Part shown: in pieces, positions 37,178 through 39,479 of the stretch
Numbering within the stretch: position 1 is the first letter of the stretch
Layout: every line of letters starts with the position of its first letter
NCBI RefSeq assembly: GCF_006345805.1
Contig: NW_021835414.1
Coordinates: 1-39,479 of the forward strand
Length of the DNA: 39,479 nucleotides
Direction: 5' to 3'
Source of the DNA: Octopus sinensis
Lineage: Eukaryota
Program-made: the position numbers and the translations under genes
The notes under the pieces: generated by a model
Seen by the model: the letters and a program-made list of their open reading frames with translations, nothing else
The model's database searches: none
What the model was told of the DNA's origin: nothing

Positions 37178-37460
37178 ATATATATATATATATATATCCA
37201 TATATACATATAATACATATATATACATATATACATATATATACGTATTGATGTATATTGACATATACATTTGCATACATACACATATATATACGTTTGC
37301 ATGAATAGACATACGTATATACGTAGACATATATGTATGTGTATGTATATACATGTATATATGTATGTATATACATGTATATATGTATATATGTATATAT
37401 ATGTATATACGTATACACAAACACACACACACACATATATATATACGTAAACACACATCC
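35940..37460. repeat. Extended (AT)/(ATAC)/(ATGT)n microsatellite fields with short unique inserts
   Basis: Direct tandem repeats. Confidence 0.88.
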
Positions 37461-37859
37461 TCATACACATATATAAATAGAAAGAAAGAGATGCTTATTC
37501 TTGTAAAAAAAACATTGACTTACAAGGAAATAAGAACTTTAATAAGAAAAACAAATTTAAGTATTTACAGTTTACAATGCAACTGTTGGTTCAGAGTTCC
37601 GTCAAATACGGCTTTTTTTAACTGCCATTAAAAATAGAACTAAATGGTTCACATATATAAATAATGTAGGAATGTAAAAGATGTGAGAAGCTGTTTGAAT
37701 GTCTAAAGTATGATTATTCATAAAATCTTAAAGCGAAAATTTCCTAAGGTGAATTTGCGTTCAATATATGGCTACTGGAATGTGGCGCGCGTAGGTGGTA
37801 ATTACATATGTGACGGTTGCGGAGGTGATACCTACAACCATCCAGTGAAGTAAATATCA

Positions 37860-38215
37860 CCCCCAGGAAAAAGGCCATCAGACTGAACCTTCGACGATCA
37901 TTAAGCCTACATTCCGAAGCCCCAGATTGGCAACTGAGAGTGGATCTCGTGGAACGGTTAAAGTTCCTAGATCACACTGCACAAACTACACTACGCGCAG
38001 ACATTGTGGTCTTCTCGAATTCCACCGAACAGGAGAGCCTGTGGGAACTGACTATGCCCTAGACGAAGCTCATGAGGGGAAACTTGTTAAATACCAGGAG
38101 CTGGTTGACTAGAGCGGAAATCGAAGCTGGCAGGCAAAGACCCAAAACCACACGAGACATCAGAAGCATTACTGACGATGTATCCCGGAGCATCCGCGGG
38201 ATGTGTCTTAAGACT
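37860..38215 (+). pseudogene. HERO-like RLE non-LTR retrotransposon C-terminal relic
   Basis: From 37919: APDWQLRVDLVERLKFLDHTAQTTLRADIVVFSNSTEQESLWELTMP / DEAHEGKLVKYQELVD / EIEAG..IRSITDDVSRSIRGMCLK; matches the HERO pattern DWQL.VDL..L.FP..I..T.LRPDIV..ELTVPWE..A.ERK..KY. Confidence 0.75.
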
Positions 38216-38417
38216 ATCATATATTATATATATATATTATGTATATATAGATATGTATATATATGTATGTGTACATATACATATGTATATACATACATAT
38301 ATATATATTCATATACATATACATATATGTGTATATATTTATATATATATATATAGATAGATAGATAGATACATACTACATACATACATACATACATACA
38401 TACATACATACATACAT

Positions 38418-38466
<49 letters not shown>

Positions 38467-38513
38467 CACATACATATATATATATGTGTGTTGTGTGTGT
38501 GTATGTATATGTA

Positions 38514-38553
<40 letters not shown>

Positions 38554-38574
38554 GGATAATTTATTCTCTGTAAG

Positions 38575-38740
38575 TATTCACGTTATCCTAATTATCATCA
38601 TTCCCATCATCACCATTACCAACATCACCGCCACCACCATCACCACAGCCACCACCATCATCACCATCACCATCGCTACTATCAACAACACCACCACCAC
38701 TGCCGCCAGCATCCCCTTCACCACCAACATTACCGAAGCC
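38575..38740. repeat. (CAC)/(CAT)-rich low-complexity tract
   Basis: Degenerate trinucleotide repeat. Confidence 0.85.
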
Positions 38741-39249
38741 AGCAACAAAAGACTGCCACATTTTCCTATCACTATTTGAAATTCAGAGCCAAAAGAATAC
38801 AAAGAGATCCCTCCCCACTTCACCCTACACCCATACACCTTCCATTCCACACACACACATACGCACACACATACCCGTGCGCGCGCAAATAAAAACATCA
38901 TACAAACACACACACACACACGCAGCGATACACTCGTACACATACACAAAAAATAATTTTAGTTAATAGCAGCAAATATTTATTTGACAGGATAAATAAT
39001 CGCCTTTGGTGACGATGGAAGTGGTGGCGGCGCTGCTGGGATTTTTGGGCGGGTGAGGGTAGGGATTTGTAGTTTCTATGATAGACCACACCCAATACAT
39101 ACTCGTAACCATCTTTCCCTGAACTATTAAATATATTTTTGGCTCGCAGTTAAATGCTGTCTGTTTGCGTACGCATAGAGAATTGTATAACATTTGTTGC
39201 ACATATTCATGCGTGTGTGTGTGTGAGTGTGTATGGTAAAAGAGTTACG

Positions 39250-39430
39250 CTTTTACTTGATTCACTCATATGACTGCGGCCATGTGGAGTACCGCCTTTT
39301 TAGTCGAACAAATCGACCCCAGGAACTATTCTATCGGTTCCTTTTGCCGAACCGCTATGTTACGTGGACGAAAAAACACGCCAGCATCGGTTGTCAAGCG
39401 ATGGTGGATGGAGAAAGACACGTAAATACA
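39250..39430 (-). mobile_element. SINE-B 3' half
   Basis: Reverse complement of the tail region of 5560-5744. Confidence 0.82.
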
Positions 39431-39479
39431 TAAATATACTATATATATATATTATATATATATATTATATATATATTAT

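Overview
Eukaryotic, AT-rich, repeat-saturated non-coding DNA (intergenic or a large intron). The SINE families and the load of (AT)n/(GATA)n/(CATA)n/(TAA)n microsatellites strongly resemble an Octopus genome; this is pattern recognition, not a database result. No host protein-coding gene, rRNA, true tRNA or CRISPR array is recognisable, and most listed ORFs are microsatellite read-through artefacts. Mobile elements present: two tRNA-derived SINE families in many copies; non-LTR retrotransposon relics (two R4/Dong-type, one HERO-type, one CR1-type, several Tx1/L1-like ends, one Penelope GIY-YIG relic); two Tc1/mariner relics; several MITEs. The most striking signal is three sequence-distinct fold-back elements of 230-420 bp, each carrying a minimal type-I hammerhead-ribozyme-like motif near the palindrome centre. 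One has a canonical core, one has a G3-C8 swapped core and one is degenerate; they fit Penelope pLTR or retrozyme-like elements. The window also shows two LINE/SINE 3' tail partnerships directly (CR1 with SINE-B, with a covarying terminal hairpin; Tx1-like with a SINE-A variant), and microsatellite-specific insertion (R4/Dong in TAA, Tx1-like in GATA).
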